Origin: Felis catus | Lineage: Eukaryota | Length of the DNA: 64,000 nt | NCBI RefSeq assembly: GCF_018350175.1 | Contig: NC_058368.1 | Location: 1,054,001 to 1,118,000 of the forward strand | Direction of reading: 5' to 3' | Shown here: positions 12,540 through 25,879 of the stretch, in pieces | Position numbering within the stretch: position 1 is the first letter of the stretch | How the letters are laid out: each line of letters begins with the position of its first letter | Notes under the pieces: model-generated | Database searches by the model: none | Seen by the model: only the letters and a program-made list of their open reading frames with translations | Told to the model about the DNA's origin: nothing | Program-made: the position numbers and the translations under genes

Positions 12540-13990
12540 AGTAGTATTACCAGTTTAGTGTTTATTACTCCAGATACTTTTCAGTGCACATACTAATATG
12601 TACCCATAAGAATTATAATTTCATGTGTGCATTTGTGTGTGTGCGTGCGTGCGCGTGTGTGCGTTTTAAAAACGTATACTGTATATATCTTCCTGCTACT
12701 TGCTCTTCACTTACTGGTATGTTTTCTGTATCTTTGAGTTAGTACATAAGGATCTACTCGTAGCTGTTGTGTGATATTTCTTTTGGTGGATTTAATAACA
12801 TAGTTTAGACATTCTTCTGGTGGACATTTAGTTTATTTGCAATTTTTTATAACAGTGCTGCACAGAATATATGTGTAGTAGTTTCTCTGGGTTCATGTGT
12901 GGTTTTGCTGGGGGAAATTCTGATGATAGGTGTGAAAATAGGAATTGCTGAGTCAGAGTATATGTTTATGTATTTTAATAGATAATTGCCAAATTGTCTT
13001 CCTCTGGACCACTGTATTGACCGCATTTCCACTAGTTTCTCCACATTCTTGTGAACACTGGATATTATCGAATAATTAAATTTTTGTCAGTTTAATTTGT
13101 GTTCTTTCTAAAGTATAGATGTCAATTCTTTGTTATATCTATTAAAAAATATATGTAAATATAGAATGTATATTTTTTATTTTCTACATTTCTACACCTT
13201 GTTTTTTGTTTTTTTGCTATGTAAACATTTTATAAGGTAATGGGAAAAAAATCCATGTTAGTATTGCAAGATAGAATAATTATAATGAATATGCAAGGCT
13301 TTTATGAAGGAACTTATAAAATAATACCATAGGACATATAAGATAACCATAATGGAAAGGCATGCATATGTCTGAATGGGAAGGCTTCAATAATGTCAAA
13401 ACGTTAATTTTTTTGTCTCTAAATTAATCTCTAAATTCAGTGAAACCCTAATCAATTCCAAGGGTATATGGAAATGGTACCAAATTTAAAAGATAGAAAG
13501 GATAAACAGTGAGAAGGAAGACTTTCCTCTTCTCCCAACCCATTGGCACAGTTCTCTTCCCTAGAAGCAAACAACTGTTATCATTTTCTTAGATATTTAT
13601 CTAGAGATAATATACGCATACGTGTGTGCATATGCTTCTCTGTGTGTGTATGATGTTTGTGTTTATCCATTGTTCTGTACCTGGTTTGCACTTAATTTAA
13701 ATGAGAAGTTGTTCCGTATTAGTATGTAAGGAGATTTTTAGAGCTGCCTTGTGTCCAGGACTGCAAAATACTGTATTGTCTTCATCATCATTCAATTTAT
13801 CAGGCTTTTAAGAGAAATTTAGGGTGTTTCAATCTTTTTACTTTTCAACAAGTATCCTTTGATGTTTTGTTTTTAAAAAATGAGATAATGTGTCTGTAGG
13901 AAGGATGCTTAGAAGTGGAATTGCTTGGTTAAAAATATTTTTTTGAGGTGCCCTCCATAAAAGTTATACCAGTTTACACTGACTTATGGT
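12540..13990. mobile_element. Ancient L1 (L1ME-like) fragments, mostly antisense with a sense ORF2 piece at about 13230-13490
   Basis: Degenerate L1 3'UTR motifs (ggaattgctgagtcagagtatatg...gccaaattg) and an A-rich sense ORF2-like segment. Confidence 0.6.
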
Positions 13991-14019
13991 ATGAGGCTCT
14001 TCCTGTACTGTTAAGCCTT

Positions 14020-14890
14020 TATTTTTCTTAAGTTTTTATTTAAATGTTTATTTTGAGAAAGAAAGATTGCATGCACATGTGAGTGGGAGAATGGCAGAAA
14101 GAAGGGGGGAGAGAATAGACCCCGGGCTTATCCCATGACCATGAGATTACAACCTGAGCTGAAATCAAGAGTCGGACACTCAACTGACTGAGCCACGCAG
14201 GACCCCTCTTAAGTTTTTATTTAAATTCCAGTTAACATACAGTGTAATACTAGTTTCAGGTGTATAATGTAGTGATTCAACTCTCCTGTACGACACCTGG
14301 TGCTCACTATGACAAGTGCTCTCCTTAATCCCCATTACCTACTGAATCTCCCCCATCCACCTCCCTTCTGGTAACCATTAGTTGTCTATAGTTGAGAGTC
14401 TGTTTCTTGGTTTGCATCTCTCTCTTTTTTACCCTTTGTTTTGTTTCTTAAATTCTGCATATGAGTGAGATCATAGATATTTGTCTTTCTCTGACTGACT
14501 TATTTCCCTCAGCATAATACTCCCTAGCTCCATCCATGTCCTCGCAAATGCCAAGGTTTCATTCTTTTTTTTTTATGGCTGAGTAATACTCTATTGTGTG
14601 TGTGTATAAAGATACGTATATGTATGTGTATGTGTGTTCATATACATACATACATATATTTATATACATGTATATATATACATATACACACACACAGACC
14701 ACAACTTCTTTATCCATTTGTCAATCAGTAGACACTTGGGCTGGTTTCATCATTTGACTGTTGTAAATAATGTTGCTATATAAACATTGGAGTACATGTA
14801 TGGCTTTGAATTAGTATTTTTGTATTTTTTGGGTAAATACCTAGTACGATTGCTGACTCGTAGGGTAGTTTTTAACTTTTTGAGGAATGT
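14020..14890 (-). mobile_element. Carnivore L1 3' end with a SINE in its tail and a (TA/TG/CA)n microsatellite
   Basis: Strongly similar to the L1 3'UTR at 9785-10320 (ttaacatacagtgtaat...tagtttcaggtgtataat). Confidence 0.88.
14047..14206 (-). mobile_element. Can-SINE in an L1 tail
   Basis: TSD cttaagtttttatttaaat. Confidence 0.85.
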
Positions 14891-16933
14891 TTTGATCTTT
14901 GTCAATGTAAGTGAAAAGTGGTTTCCCTTTAGAATTTAAATTTGCATCTTATAAATATTTCATATATTTAAGAGCCACTGTATTTCTTTTTCTACTGAAC
15001 TGTATTCTTGTTTTTTTTTTTTTTTTTTTTTTTGCCCTTTATTCTCTTTGGTTGTTGGTTTTCTCTTATTGACCATAGGACCTTTTTGTCTTGATTTTTT
15101 TTTTTTTAGGATATGAGTTGCAAATAGTGCATCATTGAGGCATTCCACCCCCCCCCCCCCCCCCTTAAATGTCTGGTAAAATAAAGGAATGTAAAATTTA
15201 TCATTTTTTTTCTTTTAAGTATACAGTTCAATGGCATTAAGTATACTTACAAATGTTTTGCAAAGATCACCATTATCCTATCTAGAACTTTTTCATCATC
15301 CCAAACAAAAATTTTGTACTCTTTAAACAATAATACCCAGTACCCCTTTCCCCCACTTCCTGGTGACCTCTGTTCTATCTTTTTGTCTGTATTAGTAGGC
15401 ACCTCAGATAAGTAGAACCATAAAGTATTTGCCCTTTTTGTGTCTGAATTAGTTCATTTATTATAATTGTTTCCAAGGTTTTCTGTGTTGTAGCATGTAT
15501 CAGACTTTTTAGGGCTGAATAATATTCTGTTGCGTGTACATTTTGTTTGTCCATTCATTTGTTGACAGACTTTTGGGCAGTTTCCAGCTTTTGGCCATTG
15601 TGAATAATGCTGGTGTGAACATTGGTTCACAAGTAATCTATATGAGTCTCAGGTTTCATTTCTTTTAGGTATATACCAGGAAGTGGAATTGACTGATCAT
15701 ATGTTAATTCTGCATATAACTTTTTGGGGAACCCCGAACTGTTCTCCATGGTGGCTGTACCCCATTTTACATGACTCTGGCCAGCAATGCAGAAGTGTCC
15801 AAGTTTTTTTCAGAAGTATTCTAATTTTTGTGCATTTTTGCCTTGTTATTATTTATAAAAAAAGAACTCCTTCCTAATTGCTGTGAAGTGGTTATCATTT
15901 TGTTTTTTTTTCCCTTATTTTGTTTTAAATTGCATAAAACACATAAAATTTACTGTCTTAACCATTTTTAAGTATATAGTTCAGTAGTGTATAGCTCAGA
16001 TATCCACATTATCACACAGCGGATCCCCTGAACTTTTTCATCTTGAAAAACTGACACTGTACTCATGAACCAATTCCCTATGGATCCCTCTCCTAAGCCC
16101 CTGGTAACCACTCCTACTTCATATTTGTATGAATTTGGTTTGTTTAGGTATTTCATGTAAGTGTGATCATACAGAATTTTGTCTTTTTTCACTTCATGTA
16201 ATATCCTCACTATTCATCCATGTCATAGCACATAATAGGTATTCCTTTCTTTTTATGGCTGAATAATATTCCATTGTATGTGTATATACACATTTTACTT
16301 AGCTATTCATCTGCCCATGGACATTTGGTTGCCACCTCCTGGCTATTTGTGAATAGTGGTGCCATGACTGTAAATGTGCAAAAATCTCTTGGGAGATCCT
16401 GCTTTCATTTCTTTTAGATATATTTCCAGAATTGGGATTGTGGTATCATACATATGGTTATTCAGTTTTTAATTTTTTGAGTAACCTTTGTACTGTTTTC
16501 TATAGCTACTGCTCCTGTTTTAACCATCAACGCACAAGGCATCACATTTCTTCAGCCAGCCAACCAACCAACTGACCAGTTGCCCCTCACCAACAATTAC
16601 TACTTTTTGTTTGTTGTAGCCATCCTTATGGAAGTGAGATGATATCTTCTGGTTTTGATTTGCATTTCTCTAATTAATAATGTTGAGCATCTTTTCACGT
16701 GCTTATTGGTCATTTGTATATCTTTTTTTTTTTTTTGGTATATCTTTAAGATACAGAAAGTACTTAAGTCTTAAGGCCCATTTTTAAATTTTTTGTTGTT
16801 GACTTGTATGAATTGTTTATATATTCTAGATACAAATCTCTTTATCAGATGTATGAGTTGCAAATACTTTCTTTAGCATTTTTTCACAGAAGTTCTAAAT
16901 TGTTTTCAGCTTTACCAGTGAATTTTATACTTT

Positions 16934-17158
16934 TTTTTTTAAGTTTATTTATTTGTAGAGAGAGACAGCATGAGCAGAAGAGGGACAGAGAGAGCAAGAG
17001 AGAGAGAGAGAGAGAGAGAAAGAAAGAGAATAGATCCCAAGCAGGCTCCATGCCCATTGCAGAGCCTGACCTGGGGCTTGAACCCATAACTGTGAGATCA
17101 TGACCTGAGCCAAAATCAAGAGTTGGATGCTTATTTGATTGAGCTACTCAGGCGCCCC
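16934..17158 (-). mobile_element. Can-SINE
   Basis: TSD tgaattttatacttt. Confidence 0.9.
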
Positions 17159-17193
17159 TGAATTTTATACTTTCCATATGTTTTCCTGTTATT

Positions 17194-17394
17194 TTAATTT
17201 TTTTTTCAATGTTTACTTATTTTTGAGAGACAGAGACAGAGTGTGAGTAGGGAAGGGGCAGAGAGAGAGGGAGGCACAGAATTCAAAGCTGAGCTGTCCG
17301 CACAGAGCCCGACGCAGGGCTAAAACCCATGAACCGTGAGATCTCGATCGGGCCGAAGTCGGACGCCCAACCGACTGAGCCACCCAGGCGCCCC
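17194..17394 (-). mobile_element. Can-SINE
   Basis: TSD tgttttcctgttatt. Confidence 0.9.
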
Positions 17395-19134
17395 TGTTTT
17401 CCTGTTATTGTTTTAGATGAGAATTCTCTTTAACATGTCTTTTAAGGTCAGACTAGTGATGATGAACTCCAGCTTTTGTTAGTTTGGAAAATTCTTTATT
17501 GTCTTCAATCCTGATGGAAAACTTTACTAGGTAGAGTATTCTTGATTGTCAGTAGTTTTCTTTCAGCATAACATTTTTAATTTTGATGATGTCAAGTTTA
17601 TCTAGTTTTTCTTTTATTGCCTGTGTTTTGATGTTTTGTATCCAGGAAATCATTAACAAGTCCAAAGTCATGAAACCTTTCCTTTATTTGAAGAGTTCTA
17701 TAGTTTTACTTCTTTAAATGTAAGTCTTTGATCCATTTTGAGTTAATTTTTTATATATGGTGTAAGGGTTCTGTTGCACCTTTTTTTTGAAATGACCTTT
17801 ATCATTGATTGATCTTGGCATTCTTGTGAATTCACCTATCTGGAGATTTCTTTCTCGGCTCTATTGTTTGTCATTGGCCTATATATTTGTGTTTATGTCA
17901 GTACCAAGCTGTTTTAATGTACTGTAGTAGCTTTGTAATAAGTTTTGCAATCAAAGTGTCAGACCCCTCTGGCTTTGTTCTTTTTTTTCAAGATTCTTGT
18001 CCCTTGAGATCCACATGGATTTTAGGATGACACTCTGCAAAAAAAATTTGGGTTTTGTTAGGGATTGCATTAAATCTGTAGATTACTTTAGGTGTAATAT
18101 CGTCCTCTTCATGTTAATCTTTTCATCCATGAACATGGTATATCTTTCCATTTATTTGTGTCTTTAATTTTCTTTTAGCAGTGTTTTGTAGTTTTCATAA
18201 TACAAGTCTTTCAACCTCCTTGGTTAAATTTATTTCCATGTATTTTATTATTTTTGATGTTACTGTAAATGGAATTGTTTTCTTAATTTCCTTTATGGAT
18301 TGTTCATTGTTAGTGTGTAGAAATGCAACTGATTTTTCATGTTGATTTTGTGTTCTGAAACTTTGCTTATCTTTTCAAAATATAAGATTATGTCATCTGC
18401 AGAAATGATTTTACTTTTTGCTTTTCCTATTTGGATGCCTTTTATTTCTTGCTTAATTGCTCTGGCCAGAACTTCCTGTACTATGTTGAATTAAAATGGT
18501 GAGAGTAGGCATCTGTGTGTTCTAATCTTAGAGGAAAGACATTCCATCTTTTACCATTGAGTGTGATGTCAGCTGTGGTTTTTTCCATATGTGGCCTTTC
18601 TTATGTTGCAGAAGTTTCCTTCTCTTTGTAGTGTATTATTTCTATCATGAAAGCATGTTGTATTTTGTCACAAAACTTCTTTGCCTCAATTGGGATGATG
18701 ATGTGTTTTTCCCCCCTTTTTATGTATTAATATGGTATATTATTTTGATTTTCTTACGTTGAATTACCCTTGCATTCTGGGATAAATCCCACACGGTCCT
18801 GATACATAATCTTTTTTATGCTTCTGATTTTCTCCTGTTTTGTTGGGGATTTTTGCATCTATATTCATAAGGAATATTGGTTTATGGCTTTCTTGTAATG
18901 TCTTTGTCTGGATTTGATATCAGAGTAATGCTGGCCTTGTAGAATAAATTTGGAAGTGTTCTCCCCTTCAGTTTTTTGGGGAAGAATTTGAGAGGGAGCA
19001 ATGTTAATTCTTTAAATGTTTGGTAGAATTTATCAATGAAGTCCTCTGTTCCTGGGCATTTCTTTGTTTGGAGATATTTGATGACTGATTTAATCTTCTT
19101 GCTTGTAGATCTGTCTAGGTTTTACATTATCTTA

Positions 19135-19220
19135 TCCAATCTAATCTCTACACCCAGTGTGGAGCTTGAACTCACAACCTGGAGATCAAAAGTCTACCAA
19201 CTCTGCCAGCCAGCTGCCCC
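19135..19220 (-). mobile_element. Short old Can-SINE
   Basis: aatctctacacccagtgtggagcttgaactcacaacc motif. Confidence 0.7.
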
Positions 19221-20479
19221 TAGATTTTGTATTTCTTCCTAGGGTAAGTTTTGGCAGTGTGTGTATCTAGGAATTTAGCCATTTTATTTTGGTTATCTGA
19301 TTTTGTTGGCATATAATTGTTCATTGTGCTCTCTTATAATTGTTTCTATAAAATCAGTAGTGATGTCTTACTTTAATTTCTGATTTTGATAATTTGAGAT
19401 TTTCTTTTGCTTCATAGTCTAGCTAAATATTTAATTTTTTCAAAGAATCACCTTTTAATTTTGTTGATGTCTCTTTTTTTTTCTCTATCTGTGCACTAAT
19501 CTTTTGCATTCTTTCTGCTAGGCTTGGGTTTAGCTTGCAGATTCTGATTTCTTAAAGTATAAAAGTTATTGATTTCGGATATTTTTAAATGTAGGTGTTA
19601 ATAGCTGTAAGTGTTCTGCTGAGCACTGCTGTCATTGCATTCCATATTTTGATATGTTTGTTATGTTTGTGTTTTGTCTTGTAAATTATAGGAAAAAAGT
19701 ACTCATAAATTAACAGTACAGTAATACTGGCTTTCTGTTGATTTATGTAGGTAATTTCACTTACATTCTTTATTTCTTATGGCTTCAATTTATTCTGTAG
19801 TGTGTTTTTATTATTGCCTGAAGGGTAGCATTTCATGCAGGTAGTAACATTTCATGCAGGTAGTAAACTCCTGCTTTTGTTCTCCTGGAAATGTCTTAAT
19901 TTCTCCTTAATATTGGAGGAATTATTTGCTGGATTTAGAATTGTTAGTTGACGTTTTGTGTTGTTGTTGATCACTTTAAATATGTCATCTCACTAGCTTC
20001 TGGCGTCCATGGTTTCTGATGAGAAATGAACTGGTAATCTAAATTATATTGAGCATTCATTGCACGTGATGAGTTCTTTCTTAAAATTATCTATCTTTGG
20101 TGTCTATAATTTGATTATTATGTGTCTTGTTGTGGATATCTTTCAGTTTATCTGACTTGGAGTTTGTTGAGCTTGTTGGATGTGTGTCATCCAGCATTTG
20201 GGGCTTTTTTTGCCATTATTTCCTCAAATATTTTTTCCTGTCCCTTTCGTTCTGTTTATGATACATATGTGGGTATGTTTGGTAATGTTTTGTAGATTCC
20301 TCAGGCTCCATTCATTTTTCTTCCCTTTTTCCCTTGCTCCTCAGACTGGATAGTTTCAGTTATTCTCTCTTCCAGTTTACTGATTCTTCTGCCTCTTAAG
20401 ATCTGCTATTGATCTTCTCTAGTGAATTTTTCATTTGTTATTATATTTTTCATTTACAGAATTTTTACTTGGTTACTTT

Positions 20480-20700
20480 AAAAAAAATTTTTTTTTTTTA
20501 ACGTTTATTTATTTTTGAGACAGAGAGAGACAGAGCATGAACGGGGGAGGGTCAGAGAGAGGGAGACACAGAATCTGAAACAGGCTCCAGGCTCTGAGCT
20601 GTCAGCACAGAGCCCGACGCGGGGCTCGAACTCACGGACCGCGAGATCATGACCTGAGCCGAAGTCGGCCGCTTAACGGACTGAGCCACCCAGGCGCCCC
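20480..20700 (-). mobile_element. Very young Can-SINE (SINEC_Fc)
   Basis: CpGs intact; perfect 13-bp TSD acttggttacttt (20467-79 and 20701-13). Confidence 0.95.
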
Positions 20701-21849
20701 ACTTGGTTACTTTTTATAATTTGTATCTGTTTGTATTTTCATTTTGATTATGCATTGTTTTCACATTTCCTTTTGTTCTCTGTCAATGCTTTCCTTTAGC
20801 TCATTGAGCATATTTAAGATAGTTGATTTAATGTCTTTGACTACTTTTTCCAATGTTTGGGATTTTTCAGGGATGGTTTCTGTCAAATTCTTTTATTACT
20901 GTGAATAGGACATACTTTTTCTGTTTCTTTGTATGTTTTACAACATTATGAGTATATTATGTGTAACTCAGGATGTCTGACTCTCCCAGTCTTCACAGAT
21001 GGCTGAGTTTTTACTTGTTGAGGGATGGAGCCATTTGTTTTTTACTTTTTCTAAGTAACTTTTTAACAAAATGTATATTTCTTGTTGTCATTGAAGTTTC
21101 TGTTCCATTATTCCTATGGTGAACTAGTGACTGGACAAAAATTTCCTTAAGTATTGGGGTGAAAAAAAAATGAGATAAAGGGTCATGTCTCATTAGATAG
21201 ATGCTTTTGGGAAAGCTGCTCCTGCCTTATACAGATGAAACCAGGAGAAGATCTGCTCCAGACCACCCAAACACAGTCCCAAATTTTTAGAAGTTCCTCA
21301 CTGCCAGTCCTCTGACAAGCCAGACTCTCCAGGAATGCAGGATGCTAACCCCATAGCCAAGTGGGGGTGAGGAATGGGGGATGGTTGCCAGTTCATGCAT
21401 TTGCTCACTTGTGAATGATCAGCGTTATCTTCCTCAGGCACTACCCTGGTGATTAATGAGTGCGTTCAGTGGGGTTTCAGGGATCTATAATTGGTTCCAG
21501 TCACTCTGTCCAGCTCAGTGGTTACTTGGGTGGAGGGACCCTTACTTAGAACTTCCCACTTTGCCATCTTGTTGATACCTGTCTTGATTTATTTTTCATA
21601 TTGTACTTAAGAGGACCTATTGCTTTGTTCCTCTGAAAATTTTGTGGTGATCGGGATACTTTTTACCTTATGACACTTGAATCTTAACTACAAGTTTAAC
21701 TTTACTTGTAATTTAGTCATTTCAAAACTTTATTAGGTGTTAAAAGAATTTTACCTTTTTGAGGCATTCAGTCATGATGAATCCATGCTGTTCTGTTTTT
21801 CCTTTTCTAACATTTTTTATTGTAAATTTATGTTGTCTTCATTTTATTT

Positions 21850-22079
21850 TACTTATTGTTTATTTTTTTTTACATTTTATTTAATTTTGAGGGAGAGAGA
21901 GCACAAGTGGGCCACCTTGAGGTGCAGAGAGAAAGGGAGACACAGAATCTGAGGCAGGCTCCAGGCTCTGAGCTGTCAGCACAGAGCCCGATGCGGGGCT
22001 CGAACTCACAAACCGTGAGACCATGACCTGAGCTGAGCCGAAGTTGGACGCCCAACTGACTGAGCCACCCAGGCACCCC
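21850..22079 (-). mobile_element. Can-SINE
   Basis: Antisense body ending ...cccaggcacccc. Confidence 0.9.
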
Positions 22080-22784
22080 TCTTTATTTTATTTTATATAT
22101 TTTTAAATATAATTTATTGTCAAGGTAGCTAACATACAGAAGTAAAACAATTTGCTCATTGTAAAATAGCTAATTAGAATTGACTCGGTGCAGAAAAGGG
22201 CCTAATGATATAGGCTTTATATAGATAATGTAGAAGTGGTTAACTTTTAGTCAGATTTAAATCAGATTTAATCAGGTCAACTTTTAATCAGATAAAAGGA
22301 GTAAATTAAGTGTTTGGTGGTTGAAACATTCTCAGTGACATATAGAGGTGGCGAAATTTATTTACAGTCTAGGATTTGGGAACAGTTGTTATAGTTGAGT
22401 ACTTACTCTGTTTTTGAGAAGTTGATTACTGCAGAGAACTAACTGTGGTAAAGAAAGTTCTATTCTCTGCTCCACTGTTTTTTTCCGAGAAGAATGAATT
22501 GGTACCTAGCAGCCAGCCACCAGAGGGAAGTCAGTTCTAGCTTTTCTGTCTTGGAAATCGTCTTCTGTTTTAGGTGTGCTAAAACCATAGAAAGGATCCA
22601 GAGAACTCCTGCATTAAAAGCCTATACATTTCATATCATAACATCAATAGATTTATGCCTTATTCCTCCGAAAATTGTTACCTTGATAAGGATATTTCCT
22701 GCCTTATGGCACATGAATAGTAACTGCAAATTAAAGTTCATTTGTTTTTTTAAATCCCTTTTAGCCTGGCACTTGGGCTTGATA

Positions 22785-22788
<4 letters not shown>

Positions 22789-22815
<27 letters not shown>

Positions 22816-23020
22816 ATTTTTAATGTTTATTTTTGAGAGAGACAGATACAGAGCATGAGAGGGGGAGGGGCAGAGAGAGAGGGAGACACAGAATCCGAAG
22901 CAGGCTCCAGGCTCTGAGCTGTCAGCACAGAGCCCAACGCGGGGCTCAAACCCATGAACTGTGAGATCATGAACTGAGCCGAAATCGGACGCCCAACCAT
23001 CCGAGCCATCCAGGTGCCCC
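22789..23020 (-). mobile_element. Can-SINE
   Basis: Long T tail; TSD ggcttgata. Confidence 0.92.
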
Positions 23021-23231
23021 AGGCTTGATATTTCTTCTTTTGGATACTTGCATATTTTGAATATTGAGTTGGTTTTTGTGTTACTGAATTTTTTATTAAT
23101 AAGAACTGTGCTATATTATCTTATTGTTTAATATTTAATTACATACTGGATATCATGAATATTCAAATCCTGACATCTAACTTCTTGTCTGTGGTCTTGG
23201 GCAACTTAGCTTTGAAGATGATAATGATTAT

Positions 23232-23325
23232 TTTTTTAAGTAAGCTCTAGGCCCAACGTGGGACTTACACTTACATCCCTGGGATCAAGAGTTGCATGAT
23301 CAACCAGCTGAGCCAGCCAGCATCT
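23232..23325 (-). mobile_element. Short old Can-SINE inside a MIR
   Basis: gggatcaagagttgcatgatcaaccagctgagccagccag. Confidence 0.7.
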
Positions 23326-23908
23326 CTTGTTTTTAGATCTGTATAAAGAAGACAAAGTGATTTCCTTCATGGATTTGCTTTAACATGAATATTTGGCTCA
23401 TAACAAGCATCAAATAAATGTTAAATATTACTGGATGGATGCACTAATTTTTAAAAAATTTCATTGAGTTATGAAAATTTTGAATCAATGTTATTCAGCA
23501 TATTTCAACTTTTAATACCTTCTGTAGACTGGTAATGTTAAAAAATTTTTTGATGTTTACTTAAATTTATGTGAAGGCCTTATGTGAAGGTTTCCCTTAG
23601 TATATATTATTGTTTTACCATGAAGAAGTCTTCCTTAGTGAGGAACTGTTTTAGAGTAATGGTGTATATATATTTTAGTTTTTGGAAATATTTAAAACAT
23701 CTTAGAGTGTGGAATGGTAATTTGTAGATCTTTGTGAAAGGCAAGTAGTCACCCCTTACAGTTTTAGATACAATTATCCATTTTCTTTAAAGCAGATATA
23801 AATGTATCTTCTGCCATTTTTCAGTATTAGCATGTCATCCACACTGGTGCACATACAGCTCTTGCTCTCAGAGCAATGATTTTGAGACTGGTTTTGGAAT
23901 TCACCTTT

Positions 23909-24528
23909 TGTTTTTTTTTTTTTAATTTTTTTTTTTTAATTTACATTCAAATTAGCATATAGTGCAACAATGATTTCAGGAGTAGATTCCTTTGTGTCCC
24001 TTACCCATTTAGCCCATCCCCCCCCCACCCCCTCCAGTAACCCTCAGTTTGTTCTCCATATTTATGAGTCTCTTCTGTTTTGTCCCCCTCTCTATTTTTA
24101 TATTATTTTTGTTTCCCTTCCCTTATGTTCATCTGTTTTGTCTCTTAAAGTCCTCATATGAGTGAAGTCATATGATTTTTGTCTTTCTCTGATTAATTTC
24201 ACTTAGCATAATACCCTCCAGTTCCATCCACGTAGTTGCAGATGGCAGGATTTCTTTTTGATTGCCGAGTAATACTCCCTTGTATATATAGACCACATCT
24301 TTATCCATTCATCCATCAATGGACATCTGGGCTCTTTCCATACTTTGGCTATTGTTGATAGTGCTGCTATAAACATGGGGTACATGTGTCCCTTCGAAAC
24401 AGCACACCTGTATCTCTTGGATAAATACCTAGTAGTGCAATTGCTGGGTCATAGGTTAGTCCTATTTTTAGTTTTTTGAAGAACCTCCATACTGTTTTCC
24501 AGAGTAGCTGCACCAGCTTGCATTCCTA
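23909..24528 (-). mobile_element. Younger felid-type L1 3' end
   Basis: ORF 24203-24385 (MFIAALSTIAKVWKEPRCP..DEWIKMW) is the L1 ORF2 C-terminus; poly-T tail; TSD tggaattca(c/g)cttt at 23895-908 and 24529-42. Confidence 0.92.
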
Positions 24529-25151
24529 TGGAATTCAGCTTTATACATAGTACTTGAATTCTGATGTCTTGGAACCATGGGTAGTTTTAATGTATTGAAG
24601 TATGGCTTTATTATAGAAAAGTTAAAATCTATTTTATTTAACTCAGAAGAGGTTTTTGTCACAGTTAAGTGAAAATACAATAGCCATTCCTATAAAATAC
24701 TGTTTGTTACTACAAACATTTCATTACTATGTTAAATAGGATGTGATGCCCTCTGGAAACTAAACTTGGTTTAAGTAAGATGCTTAATGGTTAGAGAATA
24801 GCACAATATATATCAAATAAGGGATCCGAATTTTATAAGTAAAGGTTACTTAAAAATAACTCTGGTAATCAAAGTTAACATAGGGGTTTTTGACTTCTTG
24901 CCTTTCCACAAATATTTGGGAAAACTGAGTGTATACTCTGTGCCCAGGCACTATTTTAGACATGCAGTGAGAAGAGCAGTTAGTTATGGTCTATCTAGTG
25001 TTTTCATAAAATGGTTGATATACCCCTATTTAATGTCTATGAAAAGTGCTTAACCTGTATTCCTCTTATATCTGGTGATAATTCCTTCATCTTTAATGCT
25101 TTATCAACTTTTTATTATTTTCTGTACTGACTCCTGTCTTCCCCATTATTT

Positions 25152-25265
25152 GTTTTTAAAAAACATTTATTTATTTAAATAATCTCTACACCCAATGTGG
25201 GACTCGAACTCATCACCCCAAGATCAAGAGTCACATGTTCCTCTGATTGAACCAGCCAGGTGCCT
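25152..25265 (-). mobile_element. Short old Can-SINE
   Basis: aatctctacacccaatgtgggactcgaactc...ccagccaggtgcc; TSD ccattatt. Confidence 0.8.
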
Positions 25266-25345
25266 GTTTTTTCCATTATTCATTCGGGTGCTTAGCTGCC
25301 TGGAATTCTTTTTAGATTAATGTTGACTCTTAAGTACAATCTTGT

Positions 25346-25465
25346 GGGACTCCTGCGTGGCTCAGTCAATTGACTGAGTCTTGATTTTGTCTCAAGTCAT
25401 AATCCCAGGATCATGGAAATGAGCCCTGTGTTGGGCTCTATGCTGAGCATGGAGCCTGCTTGGGG

Positions 25466-25509
<44 letters not shown>

Positions 25510-25573
25510 TTCTCTCTTTCTTTCTCTGTCCCTCTACCTCTCTACCCCTCTGCCTCTCTCCTCTGCTTGTGCG

Positions 25574-25604
<31 letters not shown>

Positions 25605-25622
25605 AAAAAATATAAATAAATC
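25346..25622 (+). mobile_element. Can-SINE with long (CT)n
   Basis: gggactcctgcgtggctcag head and aataaa tail. Confidence 0.88.
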
Positions 25623-25879
25623 TGAAGTGCAACTTGTTGGTCACCTCTCTTACTCAGACTCCCTGCTTCTCCCATAAGCAATGTCTATCAGTATAGTGTG
25701 ATCCTTACAGAGTTTTTTTTCATGAATTTACATAAAAGTTATGTAATTTAGGAAAAATAGAATATGTGTGTGTATGGGTTTTTGGGGAATGCATAACGTT
25801 GTAGTAATAATACTCTGTTTTCTTGTAACTTTTTTTTTGGTCCACAGTAATCTTACTGATCTTTTCATGTTAGTAATAT

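Larger units (their letters stand above)
15170..21580 (-). mobile_element. Block of nested old L1 fragments (L1MB/L1MC/L1M-like) with SINE insertions
   Basis: Continuous antisense L1 3'UTR/ORF2 motifs, e.g. ggctgaataatattccattgtatg, ttgatccattttgagttaattttt, gggattgcattaaatctgtagatt. Confidence 0.8.

Noticed and set aside
19829..19867. 19-bp tandem duplication catttcatgcaggtagtaa
   Set aside because: Simple slippage duplication within decayed L1; only two units and no spacers, so not array-like.
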